Source: Candidatus Iainarchaeum sp.
Lineage (GTDB): Archaea > Iainarchaeota > Iainarchaeia > Iainarchaeales > CSSED10-239
Assembly (NCBI GenBank): GCA_937968065.1
Contig: CALBUD010000041.1
Span: forward strand, 1-25,914
Direction of reading: 5' to 3'
DNA length: 25,914 bases
In this document: positions 8,271-17,738 of the stretch, one piece after another
Position numbering within the stretch: the stretch's first letter is position 1
Layout: each line of letters opens with the position of its first letter
Program-made: the position numbers and the translations under genes
The notes under the pieces: generated by a model
Seen by the model: only the letters and a program-made list of their open reading frames with translations
Told to the model about the DNA's origin: nothing
Databases searched by the model: none

Positions 8271-9719
8271 ATGTCTATAAAGCTCTACAATACCTTAACA
8301 AGAAAAAAAGAATTATTTAAACCTGTAGAAAAAGGAGTTTTAAAGATATATGTTTGTGGTGTTACTATTTATGATGATGTTCACCTAGGACATGCAATGT
8401 CATATATCTATTATGATATTTTAATAAATTATCTAAAATATTTTCAAAACTATGAAATATTTCATATAAGAAACATAACAGATGTAGGTCATCTAACAGA
8501 TGATGGACTTGGAGATTCAGGAGAAGACAAAATAACAAAAAGAGCAAAAGAAAGAAAAGTACATCCTATGGAACTAGTTTATAAATATTCACATAGAATG
8601 TGGAAGTTTTTTGATCTTTTAAAAATATCAAGACCAAATCTTGAACCATGCGCTTCTGCTCACATACCGGAAATTATAGAATGGGTAAAAAAACTAATTG
8701 AAAACGGATATGCATATGAAACAAAAAATGGAATTTATTTTGATATTTCTAAATATAAAGAATATGGTTCTTTTTCAAATAGAAAAATAGAAGATCTTTT
8801 AAAAGATACTAGATTTAAAAATGATGAAGAAAAAAAACATCCTGGAGATTTTGCAGTATGGATAAAAGCAAAACCAGAACATATTCTAAAATGGCCTTCT
8901 CCATGGGGACAAGGATACCCAGGATGGCATATTGAATGTTCAGTTATGGGAAATAAATATTTGGGAGATGTTTTTGATATTCATGGTGGAGGAATAGAGC
9001 ATGTTTTTCCACATCATGAAAACGAGATTGCTCAAAACTATGGTTGTCTTAAAAAAAAAATGGTTAACTACTGGGTACATACAGCTATGCTCTCGATTAA
9101 TGGAAAAAAAATGAGTAAATCTTTAAATAATTTTATAACAGTTGAAGATTTTTTAAGAAAAAACACAGCTGAAGAACTAAGATATGTTTTTTCAACAGGA
9201 CACTATAGAAAACCACAAAACTATACAGAAAAATCAATTGAAGATGCAAAAAAAACTTTACAAAATCTTAATAATTATATAAAAAGACTTCAAGAAATTA
9301 AAAATGATAAAGATACAAAATATGGAAAAGAAATTATTGAGACAACTATTTTTAATTTTGAAAAAATAATGAATGATGATCTTAACACACCTTCTGCTTG
9401 GGCACAAATCTTCTTTCTTGTTAAAGAGACAAATAAACTTATAGATCAAAATAAATTAAACAAAGAAGAAGCGTCTAAAATTTTAGAATTTTTAAAAAAA
9501 GTAAATCTTGTTTTTAAAGTTTTTAATTTTGAAAATAATAATAACACAAAAATTAAAAATAAAATTCCTGAAAAAGAAATTGAAAAATTAATACAGAGAA
9601 GAGAAGAATTAAGAAATAAAAAAAAATGGGAAGAAGCAGATCTTATAAGAATTAATCTTAAGAAAAAAGGAGTTATTCTTTTTGATAATAAAGATAAAAC
9701 CACATGGGCTTTTGAATAA
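8271..9719 (+). CDS. cysS: Cysteinyl-tRNA synthetase
   Basis: The class I HIGH region is YVCGVTIYDDVHLGHAMSY and the KMSKS motif is GKKMSKSLNNF. WHIECS and HGGGIEHVFPHHENE are CysRS-specific zinc/active-site blocks. GGTGA SD at 8259-8263. Confidence 0.92.
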   Translation: MSIKLYNTLTRKKELFKPVEKGVLKIYVCGVTIYDDVHLGHAMSYIYYDILINYLKYFQNYEIFHIRNITDVGHLTDDGLGDSGEDKITKRAKERKVHPMELVYKYSHRMWKFFDLLKISRPNLEPCASAHIPEIIEWVKKLIENGYAYETKNGIYFDISKYKEYGSFSNRKIEDLLKDTRFKNDEEKKHPGDFAVWIKAKPEHILKWPSPWGQGYPGWHIECSVMGNKYLGDVFDIHGGGIEHVFPHHENEIAQNYGCLKKKMVNYWVHTAMLSINGKKMSKSLNNFITVEDFLRKNTAEELRYVFSTGHYRKPQNYTEKSIEDAKKTLQNLNNYIKRLQEIKNDKDTKYGKEIIETTIFNFEKIMNDDLNTPSAWAQIFFLVKETNKLIDQNKLNKEEASKILEFLKKVNLVFKVFNFENNNNTKIKNKIPEKEIEKLIQRREELRNKKKWEEADLIRINLKKKGVILFDNKDKTTWAFE

Positions 9720-9741
9720 TTTTTTTAAAAAGAAAAAAAAA

Positions 9742-9760
9742 CCTTAGTTAATAACTAAGG
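9742..9760. terminator. Palindrome CCTTAGT-TAATA-ACTAAGG between convergent cysS and asnS
   Basis: A 7-bp perfect stem with a 5-nt loop is preceded by T6/A5/A8 runs (9721-9740). The right arm overlaps the asnS stop codon (CTA at 9755-9757). Confidence 0.3.
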
Positions 9761-11059
9761 CCTATATCTTATCATTGTTCTTGGAAAAGGAATAGCGTCT
9801 TTTATTGTATCTGCTTTTATGATATATGATATTATTCTTTCAACACCCATACCAAAACCAGAATGAGGGACAGAACCATATTTTCTTGTATCAAGATAGA
9901 AATCATATTGAGAAACATCTTCTCCATCTTTTTCAAGTCTTTCAATTATTTTTTTAATATCATCCTCTCTTTCACTTGCTCCAATAATTTCACCATATCC
10001 TTCAGGACCAATACAATCAAAACCTAAAACTACTCTTGGGTCTTTAGGGTCTTCCTTCATATAAAAAGCTTTTACTTCTTTAGGATATCTTGTAATAATT
10101 ATAAAGGTATCATACATTTTAGATAAAAGATCCTCTTCAACAGTTCTTAGATCTTTTCCCCATTCAACCTCAAGACCATGTTCTTTCTTTAAAATGTCAA
10201 GAGCTTCTGTATAAGTCATTTTAACAAAAGGTTTAGAGATTGCTGTTTTTAAAAGAGAAACATCTCTTTTTAAAGTTTTAAGATCCTCTCCATGTTCTTT
10301 TAAAACTTCTGAAATAATATGTTTTATTAAACCTTCAGCATGCTCTTGAAGTTCTTCAAAAGAAACCCAAGCCCCTTCCATCTCAGCATGCCAATATTCA
10401 GCTAAATGTCTTGTTGTTTTTGATCTTTCTGCTCTAAAGGAAGGTGCTAAAGTATAAATTCTTTCAAGAGAAAAAATTGCAGGTTCTGCATAAAGCTGCC
10501 AAGTCTGTGCTAAAAATACACCTTTTTTTTCAAAATAATCAACAGTAAAAAGACTAGAACCTCCTTCACACTGAACAGATTGAAGAACAGGTGATTGATA
10601 TTCATAATATTCTTGACTTCTAAAATATTCATGAATAGCTTTAAAAACAGTTGATCTTATTTTTAAGATGGCTTGCATTTTTCTTGATCTTAGCCATAAA
10701 TGTCTAACATCTAAAAGAAATTCTTCTGAAAAATCTTTTGATATTGGATAAATTTCTGAAAGTCCAACAACATCTATATCTTTAATATCAATTTCATAAC
10801 CTTGAGGAGCTCTCTCTTCTTTTCTGATAGTTCCTTTTAAAGATATTGAAGATTCAATTGTTATTTTTTGTGCTTTTTTAAAAACTTCAGAATCTACTTT
10901 TTCTTCATCACACACAAGTTGTATGATTCCTGTAACATCTCTTAAAGTTATAAAGATTGTTTTTTTCTGATCTCTATATCTATGAACCCAACCCCTTAAA
11001 GAGACCTCACCTTCTTTTTTTTCTAAAGCTTTTTTTATTGACAAATATTTTTTTTCCAT
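9755..11059 (-). CDS. asnS: Class IIb aminoacyl-tRNA synthetase, most likely asparaginyl-tRNA synthetase
   Basis: An OB-fold N-terminus (LRGWVHRYRDQKKTIFITLRD) is followed by motif 2, FRAERSKTTRHLAEYWHAEMEGAW, and motif 3, GFGMGVERII. HLAE(Y/F)W and the C-terminal IPFPRT resemble AsnRS more than archaeal AspRS (HLNE, FPRD). The Asn-versus-Asp call rests on remembered motifs only. Confidence 0.7.
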   Translation of the reverse strand: MEKKYLSIKKALEKKEGEVSLRGWVHRYRDQKKTIFITLRDVTGIIQLVCDEEKVDSEVFKKAQKITIESSISLKGTIRKEERAPQGYEIDIKDIDVVGLSEIYPISKDFSEEFLLDVRHLWLRSRKMQAILKIRSTVFKAIHEYFRSQEYYEYQSPVLQSVQCEGGSSLFTVDYFEKKGVFLAQTWQLYAEPAIFSLERIYTLAPSFRAERSKTTRHLAEYWHAEMEGAWVSFEELQEHAEGLIKHIISEVLKEHGEDLKTLKRDVSLLKTAISKPFVKMTYTEALDILKKEHGLEVEWGKDLRTVEEDLLSKMYDTFIIITRYPKEVKAFYMKEDPKDPRVVLGFDCIGPEGYGEIIGASEREDDIKKIIERLEKDGEDVSQYDFYLDTRKYGSVPHSGFGMGVERIISYIIKADTIKDAIPFPRTMIRYRP

Positions 11060-11326
11060 ATTTAATTACTCCATATAATTTTTATTTTTTTAATTTTTTT
11101 AAAAGTTTCGTAAAAATATATCTAGGTATCCTTAATTTTTAAAAGAAACAATAGATATTTAATAAACCGATAAATATAAATTTCTCTCCCTTTTTAAAGG
11201 AGATTAAAGTTAACTACAGAAAAGAGATAGATTTTAAAAAATCTATTTATTGATAAAAGTATTTTGAAATACATAAATAATAAAAAGAAACAAAATGTTT
11301 ATAAAGACAGTTCTTTGATAAAAAAA

Positions 11327-14161
11327 TTAAAAAGAGAAAGAGATTTCTCTTTCAATTAATTTTTGATTATCTTGAGAATGACTTTTGTCCAAGATATCAA
11401 GAGATGTGTTTGTAGCATCTTCAATCTTTAACTTATGTTTTTCTAAAAAAGAAGAATCTGAACAAAAGATCTTTAAAGAAACCTTATCATTTGGATTAAG
11501 TTTTTGTTTTTTTCTTCCATCTTGTATAAGTCTTATAAGTTCTGAAACTTCCCAAGTCTCTTTATAACTTTCTGGAACTTCTTTATTGATGTATACAAAG
11601 ATATCTTTTATAACTTCCTTTTTTGAAAAAGAATCATTTGAAAAACTTTCAACAATTTCAACATCTTCAACATTTACCATCTCTTTTATAATTTCTTTTA
11701 AACTTTCAAGAGAAGAAACATCTTTTATAGAAATTACAAGCCTTGGTAAAATCCATCTAAGTCTTTTCTTTTCTTCTTCTCTTAAAGCTAAAGAAGTTGC
11801 AATTATGTTTTGAGCAAGTTCAAAATCTTCTTCTAATTTTTTATTAATTAATTTTTCATCAACTTTTATAAAATCACATAAATGAACAGATTCTTTTACA
11901 TGTTTTGTTTTAAGATAAAGATATTCTGTAAAGTGAGGTGTAACTGGACTTAAAATTAAAAGAAGAGAAGAATAAATAAACTCTAAAACATTACTTCTTT
12001 TCTTTTTTCTTAAAAGCTTTATATAAACTCTACTAAAATCTTCTAAAACAAACTTTTCAAGATCATTTATCATTTTTGAAAAAGCGGTGATCTCATAATT
12101 TTCACAACTATTCTTTAAAAGAATATTAAATTTTGATAAAATCCAATAATCTTCAACAGAAAGATTTTCAGTGTTTATTTCAGTTAAAAATTTATTTTCT
12201 TTATCATACATTTCTATAAAATTATGAATATTTTCTAAAACATTAAATATTTTTTTAATATCTTTAAACTTAGATTCATCTAAGATCATATCCTCTCCAT
12301 CAAATTCCTTTGCAAAATAATACCTGTAATAATCAATTGATGTTTCAGAAAATCTTTCAATTAATGGTCTATCATTTCCTTCAGATTTAGATAATTTTTT
12401 TCTAGAACCATCTAAAATCATTCCATGCATAGAAACATGTTTAAATGGAGATTTATCAAAAACAATTGCAGATGTTATTAATTGAGAATTCCACCACCCT
12501 CTTATTTGATCAGGACCTTCAAGATTCATCCCTGGAGGCCAAAACTTTTCAAACTTTTCTTTTTTAAAAGGATATCCTAAAGATGCCCAAGAAGCAACTC
12601 CAGAATCAAACCAAACATCAAAAATTTCAGGAATTCTTTTTATTTTTTCTCTACAATCACAAATAATTTCTATTTCATCTATATATGGCTTATGAATATC
12701 CATATCAAGATTTACAGAAGAATTTTTTTCTTTAAGTTTTTCTAAAGATTCAAAAACATGTACTTTTCCACATTTTTCACAGTTCCAGACAGGTATTGGA
12801 ATTCCCCAATATCTTGCTCTTGAGATTGGCCAATCAGAAAGACTTGAAAGCCAATCATTAAATCTTTCTTTTCCAAAAGAAGGAAACCAAGTAACTTCTT
12901 CTTTATTTATTTTTTTTAGTTTTTCTTTAAAATCATCATCTATTCTTAAAAACCATTGAGGAAGAGCTACTTGTAAAAGAGGAGAATGACATCTCCAACA
13001 AGTAGGATAGCTATGTGTTACTTTTTTTTTACTTAATAAAACACCTTTTTTTTCTAAATATTCAATTATATGTAAATCTAAGTCTTTTACTTTTTTTCCT
13101 TCATGTTCTTTAATAGAAGAATCATACACTCCAGAAATTGTTACTGGAGAATAAGCTGGAAGATCATTTTCTTTTCCTACTTGATAATCTTCTCTTCCAT
13201 GTCCTGGAGCACAATGAACAAGACCAGAACCATCTTCAAGATGTACAAATCTTGCAGAAGGAATTATTCTATAAGATTTTTGTTTATATTCTTCTGGAAT
13301 ACTTAACCATTCTTCTAAAATTGGTTTATATTTTTTTCCAACAAGTTCTTCTCCAAGATAAGTTTTACCAAGAGTATAACTTTCAAAATTAAATTCTTTT
13401 ACAAGTTTATGAAAAAGATCTTTTGCAACAATATATCTTTTAGAATCATTTATAACTTCTATATATTCATATTTTGGATGAACCATTATTCCAAGATTTG
13501 CTGGAAGAGTCCATGGTGTTGTTGTCCATATAACAAAAAAAAGATCTGGCTCTTCAATTGATTGCATACACACATATATTGAAGTATCTGAAAGTTCTTG
13601 ATGTTCAATTTCATTAAAAGAAACAGAGGTTTCACAATCAGGACATACATGAACTGGATATTTTCCAGAATAAAGAAGCCCTTTATCAACAGCTTTTTTA
13701 AAAGACCACCAAGCACTTAACATATATTCTTTATCAAGAGTTCTATATGGGTTTTTCCAATCCATCCATTGACTTAAATTATAAATATCTTTAGACATTT
13801 CATCAATATGTTCTGTTGCAAAAGAATAACATTCTTTAATAAATTTTTCAACACCAAATTCTTCAATATCTTCTTTTGATTTTAAATTATATTTTTTTTG
13901 AACTTTTCTTTCTATAGGAACACCATGACAATCAAAGCCAGGAATATCTAAGACCTCATATCCTTGTTGTCTTTTATATCTATAAATAATATCTTTTAGA
14001 ATTCTATTCATTGCAGTTCCAAGATGTATCTTTCCAGAGGCATAAGGAGGTCCATCTATAAAATAATAATGTTTATCTGATTTTCTTTCTCTAACTTTAT
14101 TTGGAATGTTTTTTTCTTCCCAAAAATTTTTAATATTTTTTTCTTCTTGATTTGAATACAT
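11327..14161 (-). CDS. ileS: Isoleucyl-tRNA synthetase
   Basis: Motifs present: GPPYASGKIHLGTAMNRILKD (HIGH region), PGFDCHGVPIE, the editing-domain TTTPWTLPANLG, DWPISRARYWGIPIPVW and KLSKS. The start is moved to the ATG at 14161 (MYSNQEE). The tracked TTG start at 14176 sits inside a GGGTG SD-like element. Confidence 0.9.
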   Translation of the reverse strand: MYSNQEEKNIKNFWEEKNIPNKVRERKSDKHYYFIDGPPYASGKIHLGTAMNRILKDIIYRYKRQQGYEVLDIPGFDCHGVPIERKVQKKYNLKSKEDIEEFGVEKFIKECYSFATEHIDEMSKDIYNLSQWMDWKNPYRTLDKEYMLSAWWSFKKAVDKGLLYSGKYPVHVCPDCETSVSFNEIEHQELSDTSIYVCMQSIEEPDLFFVIWTTTPWTLPANLGIMVHPKYEYIEVINDSKRYIVAKDLFHKLVKEFNFESYTLGKTYLGEELVGKKYKPILEEWLSIPEEYKQKSYRIIPSARFVHLEDGSGLVHCAPGHGREDYQVGKENDLPAYSPVTISGVYDSSIKEHEGKKVKDLDLHIIEYLEKKGVLLSKKKVTHSYPTCWRCHSPLLQVALPQWFLRIDDDFKEKLKKINKEEVTWFPSFGKERFNDWLSSLSDWPISRARYWGIPIPVWNCEKCGKVHVFESLEKLKEKNSSVNLDMDIHKPYIDEIEIICDCREKIKRIPEIFDVWFDSGVASWASLGYPFKKEKFEKFWPPGMNLEGPDQIRGWWNSQLITSAIVFDKSPFKHVSMHGMILDGSRKKLSKSEGNDRPLIERFSETSIDYYRYYFAKEFDGEDMILDESKFKDIKKIFNVLENIHNFIEMYDKENKFLTEINTENLSVEDYWILSKFNILLKNSCENYEITAFSKMINDLEKFVLEDFSRVYIKLLRKKKRSNVLEFIYSSLLLILSPVTPHFTEYLYLKTKHVKESVHLCDFIKVDEKLINKKLEEDFELAQNIIATSLALREEEKKRLRWILPRLVISIKDVSSLESLKEIIKEMVNVEDVEIVESFSNDSFSKKEVIKDIFVYINKEVPESYKETWEVSELIRLIQDGRKKQKLNPNDKVSLKIFCSDSSFLEKHKLKIEDATNTSLDILDKSHSQDNQKLIEREISFSF

Positions 14162-14367
14162 TCTTTTTACACCCAACCATATATTTTGTTTTTTTTAAAA
14201 AAGATTAAAAAAGATGAAATATTAATCTTTTCTATAATTATTCAATAATAATACTTATAAATATATTAATAAGAAGATAATAAATTATTTTGTTTTTTAA
14301 TGTATTATTATAAGACACCATAAATATTTAATCAATACAAATGTTTTTAAAACTATTTTAGAGAAAA

Positions 14368-15621
14368 TTATTTAAAAACAACATTTTTCGACTCAATTTC
14401 TTTAATTCTTTGTTTATCTGTAAAGAAAAACATTATTGTTGTAGAGATGTTAGTTAAGAAAATAATTAAAAAGACAATTGGAAGAATTATTAAAGTATAT
14501 TCATTAACAAGATTATTTGAAATAGCATATGTTGCAAGAACAGCAGCTGCAAGCCCTCTTGCATGAAGAGCTAATAAATAATTTTTATCTTTAGAAATAA
14601 TCTTGTCTTTTGAAAAAATATAAACTGAAAGAGCTCTTGAAATTATAACAATTAATAACAAAGCAACAACAATTAATATAACATTAAAATCAACTGCAGA
14701 TAAATCTAAAATTAAACCAAGATATATAAAAAAGAAAGCTTTGATAAATAACGTAATTTCTGATTGAAACTTATATACTTGCCTTAAACTCACCACATTT
14801 TCAATACTTAAAACCTTCATTTTAAATATTTTTAAAATATCATTACTATTTCCTAAAACTAAACCAAAAACTAAAACACCAAAAGTTCCATTTCCTTTTG
14901 CATACTCAATTAATAGATATACTAAAAATAAAAAAGATAAAGTTAATAAATAATTGTATTCTTTTATAACATTAAAATCTCTTAAAACTTTAATCCAAAA
15001 AATACCAGCAATGATTCCTATAACAGTTGCTATAGCATAAGCAGATAATAGGTTCTGAAATGCAAATTGAATATTTGATTTTTGATAAACTATAATTTCA
15101 AAAATAATTATAAAGATAATAATACAAAGAGAATCTGTTATAGCAGATTCTAAAGTTAGTAACGTTTTTGTTTCTTCTTTAGATTTAGACTTTAAGATAA
15201 GTGGAATAATTACAGCAGAGCTAACACCACCTATAGCACTACCAATTAAAAGACCATATAAAAAAGGAATATTAAAAACAAGTAATAATAATGTTGAAGA
15301 TAGTAAAACAGTTATAATAAAAACAATTGTTGTAAATAAAGTTGCTTTTCCAATCTCTTTTACAACTTTATAAAAATTAAGATGAAGACCACCTTCAAAA
15401 ACAATAATAATTAAAGCTAAAGAACCAAAAAATGGAGCCATTGTTTTAAGTACAGTTATTTGATTTTCAGTTACAATATTTAAAACATTACTTAATAAAA
15501 AACCAATTATTAAAAGTATAGAGATGTCAGAAAATCTAGTTTTTTTAAAAAAAAGATTACCAAAAAAAGCGATTAAAAAAACTAATGAAAAAAATAAAAA
15601 TAAAACATTTGCATCAAACAT
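14368..15621 (-). CDS. Monovalent cation/H+ antiporter (CPA family, NhaP-like)
   Basis: 417 aa and polytopic, with about 11-13 hydrophobic helices. The N-terminus FFGNLFFKKTRFSDISILLIIGFLLS is typical of Na+/H+ exchanger family proteins. ESAITDSLCII provides a T-D ion-binding-type motif. Confidence 0.65.
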   Translation of the reverse strand: MFDANVLFLFFSLVFLIAFFGNLFFKKTRFSDISILLIIGFLLSNVLNIVTENQITVLKTMAPFFGSLALIIIVFEGGLHLNFYKVVKEIGKATLFTTIVFIITVLLSSTLLLLVFNIPFLYGLLIGSAIGGVSSAVIIPLILKSKSKEETKTLLTLESAITDSLCIIIFIIIFEIIVYQKSNIQFAFQNLLSAYAIATVIGIIAGIFWIKVLRDFNVIKEYNYLLTLSFLFLVYLLIEYAKGNGTFGVLVFGLVLGNSNDILKIFKMKVLSIENVVSLRQVYKFQSEITLFIKAFFFIYLGLILDLSAVDFNVILIVVALLLIVIISRALSVYIFSKDKIISKDKNYLLALHARGLAAAVLATYAISNNLVNEYTLIILPIVFLIIFLTNISTTIMFFFTDKQRIKEIESKNVVFK

Positions 15622-15736
15622 AATAAATCCCTATAGATTTTTTTTTTAGTTTATCTCTTTTTTGAGTTATTAACATATAATATATATTTATATCTATTTA
15701 AAAAGCTTTTTTTATTATTAACTTAAGATATAAAAA

Positions 15737-17110
15737 TTAATCTTTAAAAGAATCATATATATTATTTATCCTTGTAATTAATCTTGTTTGAAAATTTCTC
15801 TTATTTTTATCTAAATCAATCTTATTTTTTTTAAATAAATCTAATAAATCAATAACAGTTTCATAAGAATACCCTCTTGAGATTAAAATAGAAGATATTT
15901 TTTCTTTAGAGAAAGAATCTTTATATGGAAGAAAAGAATCATATAAATCTTTTAAAAGTTGATTATAATTTTCTTGTTTTGTTCTTTTAGCTTCAATCTT
16001 TTCAAAAATTTCATTAGTTATTTTTTTCTCAAATTCTTTTGAAGAACTTAAAATAAAACTAAAGTTAAGATTTTTATAATAATCCCAATCATCAGAATTA
16101 ATTTTTTCTATAGTTTCTTGAACTTTTTTAATTTCACTAATCTTATCTTTAATATTGATTAATGTATTATCAATATCTTTAATTTCATTAAACTTATCTA
16201 AAATATTTTTAAGATATTTATTAATTTCATCATAATCTGTTTTTGAAGTTGTTTTCCTACTTTCAGGAGACTGCATAATTATTTCTTTTAATTGAAAGGT
16301 AAGATTTTGTTTTGAATCTAAAATATCTAAAATATCTTTTTTAGAAACTCCTTTAGAAGTTAAATCAAAAACCATTTGTTTTGTATTTTCTTGAACTTTT
16401 TCTTTATCTGATAACAATTGTTTAAAATCATCTTCAGTTTTAGAGATTAATTCTTTATTTTCAATTAATTGTTTTTTATTAATAACTAAAAGATTTAAAT
16501 AAAAGCTTACTGGTAGTTTAGATATCACAACAGCTTTAAAAAACAAAAATAAAAATATGAATAAAGAGATTGAAATTGGCAAAAATCTTGTTTCTGTTAA
16601 AAATAAAAAAATATTTAAGTTTGTGATTAAAAGATAAACAATAATTGAGATTAAAATACCAGCAAATATCAAAATATATTTTGTTTTACTAATATCTTTT
16701 AAAGTTAAATAAACTTGTTTTGCATTTTCTTTTGAAAAACCAATTGTTCTTTGTAAAATATCTATTGATTTTTCTTTTTCTGAAAAATTAATATTATAAA
16801 AAACTTCTTTAAATCTTTTTATCATTTTTTCAATTTTTTTGTCAGAATCTTCAATATTCATTGCTTCTAATTCTTTTAAAAGATTTTTTTTTTTATTTAT
16901 TAAAGAATAAGTCTTTGTTGGAAGATAGTTTGTAAAAAAACCAATAAAAAAGAAAATAAATAATAAAGCTAAAGAAATAACAAAAGATAAATAATCAAAT
17001 TTTTCAGAAAAAACTTTTAAATAAAATAATAAACAAAAAATAATTGTAGTTATAAATAAACCAATAATCCAAAAAAATATTTTACTTTCAAATCGAAAAG
17101 AATAACTCAT
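15737..17110 (-). CDS. Hypothetical membrane protein with coiled-coil regions and three UBA-like helical modules
   Basis: 457 aa. There are two hydrophobic helices near the N-terminus and two more around residues 143-200. Lys/Glu/Ile-rich heptad-like stretches are present. The recurring modules are ILQRTIGFSKENAKQVYLTL, VFDLTSKGVSKKDILDILD and SSILISRGYSYETVIDLLDLF. Confidence 0.5.
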   Translation of the reverse strand: MSYSFRFESKIFFWIIGLFITTIIFCLLFYLKVFSEKFDYLSFVISLALLFIFFFIGFFTNYLPTKTYSLINKKKNLLKELEAMNIEDSDKKIEKMIKRFKEVFYNINFSEKEKSIDILQRTIGFSKENAKQVYLTLKDISKTKYILIFAGILISIIVYLLITNLNIFLFLTETRFLPISISLFIFLFLFFKAVVISKLPVSFYLNLLVINKKQLIENKELISKTEDDFKQLLSDKEKVQENTKQMVFDLTSKGVSKKDILDILDSKQNLTFQLKEIIMQSPESRKTTSKTDYDEINKYLKNILDKFNEIKDIDNTLINIKDKISEIKKVQETIEKINSDDWDYYKNLNFSFILSSSKEFEKKITNEIFEKIEAKRTKQENYNQLLKDLYDSFLPYKDSFSKEKISSILISRGYSYETVIDLLDLFKKNKIDLDKNKRNFQTRLITRINNIYDSFKD

Positions 17111-17217
17111 ATTTTTTCTAAAACTTTTTTTATATTAATATTTTCATATTAAAAACTACATATATATCTTATTAAATATATTTATAAAGCTTTATATTTA
17201 AAAAAAAAGAAGTTACG

Positions 17218-17292
17218 TGGGAATGGCAGGATTCGAACCTGCGACCTTTGGTGTATAAGACCAATGCTCTAACCAGGCTAAGCTACACTCCC
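17218..17292 (-). tRNA. tRNA-Ile (anticodon UAU)
   Basis: 75-nt cloverleaf on the minus strand. Acceptor is GGGAGTG/CATTCCC, the D arm is GCTT-AGCCTGGTTA-GAGC, the anticodon arm is TTGGT-CTTATAC-ACCAA (positions 34-36 = TAT), and the T arm is GCAGG-TTCGAAT-CCTGC. Discriminator is A, with no intron and no CCA. Confidence 0.85.
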
Positions 17293-17305
17293 AAATATTA
17301 AAAAA

Positions 17306-17647
17306 TTATTCTACATCTTTTGAAAGTTGATTTTCAAGATTTACAACAATATCTTGAGAAACTTCTTCAAATTCACCAAATCTTCCAAGATTAAGTCTTA
17401 AAGATTTTTTAAATTCAGAAGAATAAAGATTTTTAAAAGAATAAACTTTATTATCTTCTAACTTATCTATAGCTAAATCCCACAATGTAAGGTAAATAGT
17501 TCCAGTTTCATCTCCAATCAAAGCTTCACAAACATTATGTTCAATATCATCTAATTTTGATATCACTTTTCTAACATCTGTTTTCTTTACAACTTTACAA
17601 ACAAGATTTATTTTTTTTTGAAATTGTTTTATATCTTTTACTTTCAT
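17306..17647 (-). CDS. Single OB-fold ssDNA-binding protein (archaeal SSB/RPA-like)
   Basis: 113 aa. INLVCKVVKK ... VCEALIGDETGTIYLTLWD ... NKVYSFKNLYSSEFKKSLRLNLGRFGEFEE follows the canonical archaeal RPA/SSB OB-fold pattern (v.e..vgDeTG.i.ltlW ... l.L.lg..g.i). There is no acidic C-terminal tail. Confidence 0.6.
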   Translation of the reverse strand: MKVKDIKQFQKKINLVCKVVKKTDVRKVISKLDDIEHNVCEALIGDETGTIYLTLWDLAIDKLEDNKVYSFKNLYSSEFKKSLRLNLGRFGEFEEVSQDIVVNLENQLSKDVE

Positions 17648-17738
17648 AAATTATTCATATTTATATATCTATAACTTTATAGAAAGTTATAAATATCTAT
17701 TAAGTGAAAGTGTTTATATATTTTTCTTTTTTAAAAAA

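Noticed and set aside
8365-9703. Three minus-strand ORFs (8365..8547, 9258..9449, 9446..9703) inside cysS
   Set aside because: All are antisense to CysRS, which has intact HIGH and KMSKS motifs. Their low-complexity Leu/Phe/Ile-rich translations are typical of the reverse frame of Lys/Glu-rich genes.
11060-11326. The 267-nt intergenic region with small inverted repeats (TCTCC...GGAGA near 11187-11207 and ATAGATTTT-AA-AAAATCTAT near 11229-11248), considered as a small RNA gene
   Set aside because: There is no GC-rich structured core like the tRNA islands, no C/D or H/ACA box pattern that I could see, and short AT palindromes are expected by chance here. It is probably the asnS promoter and ileS terminator region.
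10957-13716. Short ORFs 10957..11142, 11385..11567, 11586..11813, 13103..13306, 13138..13392 and 13486..13716
   Set aside because: They are either antisense to asnS/ileS or in an alternative frame within ileS. None has an independent start signal.
14015-14026. The IleRS HIGH motif reads H-L-G-T instead of H-x-G-H
   Set aside because: From memory, archaeal IleRS sequences commonly carry HLGT at this position, so I do not treat it as a sign of inactivation. I could not check this against an alignment here. All other IleRS blocks are intact.
17217-17247. An exact 31-nt repeat with 20156..20186, considered as a possible att-like or mobile-element boundary repeat
   Set aside because: Both copies are the 3' halves of complete tRNA-Ile genes. 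No integrase, transposase or compositional shift lies between them, and the intervening genes are core housekeeping (SSB, thermosome).
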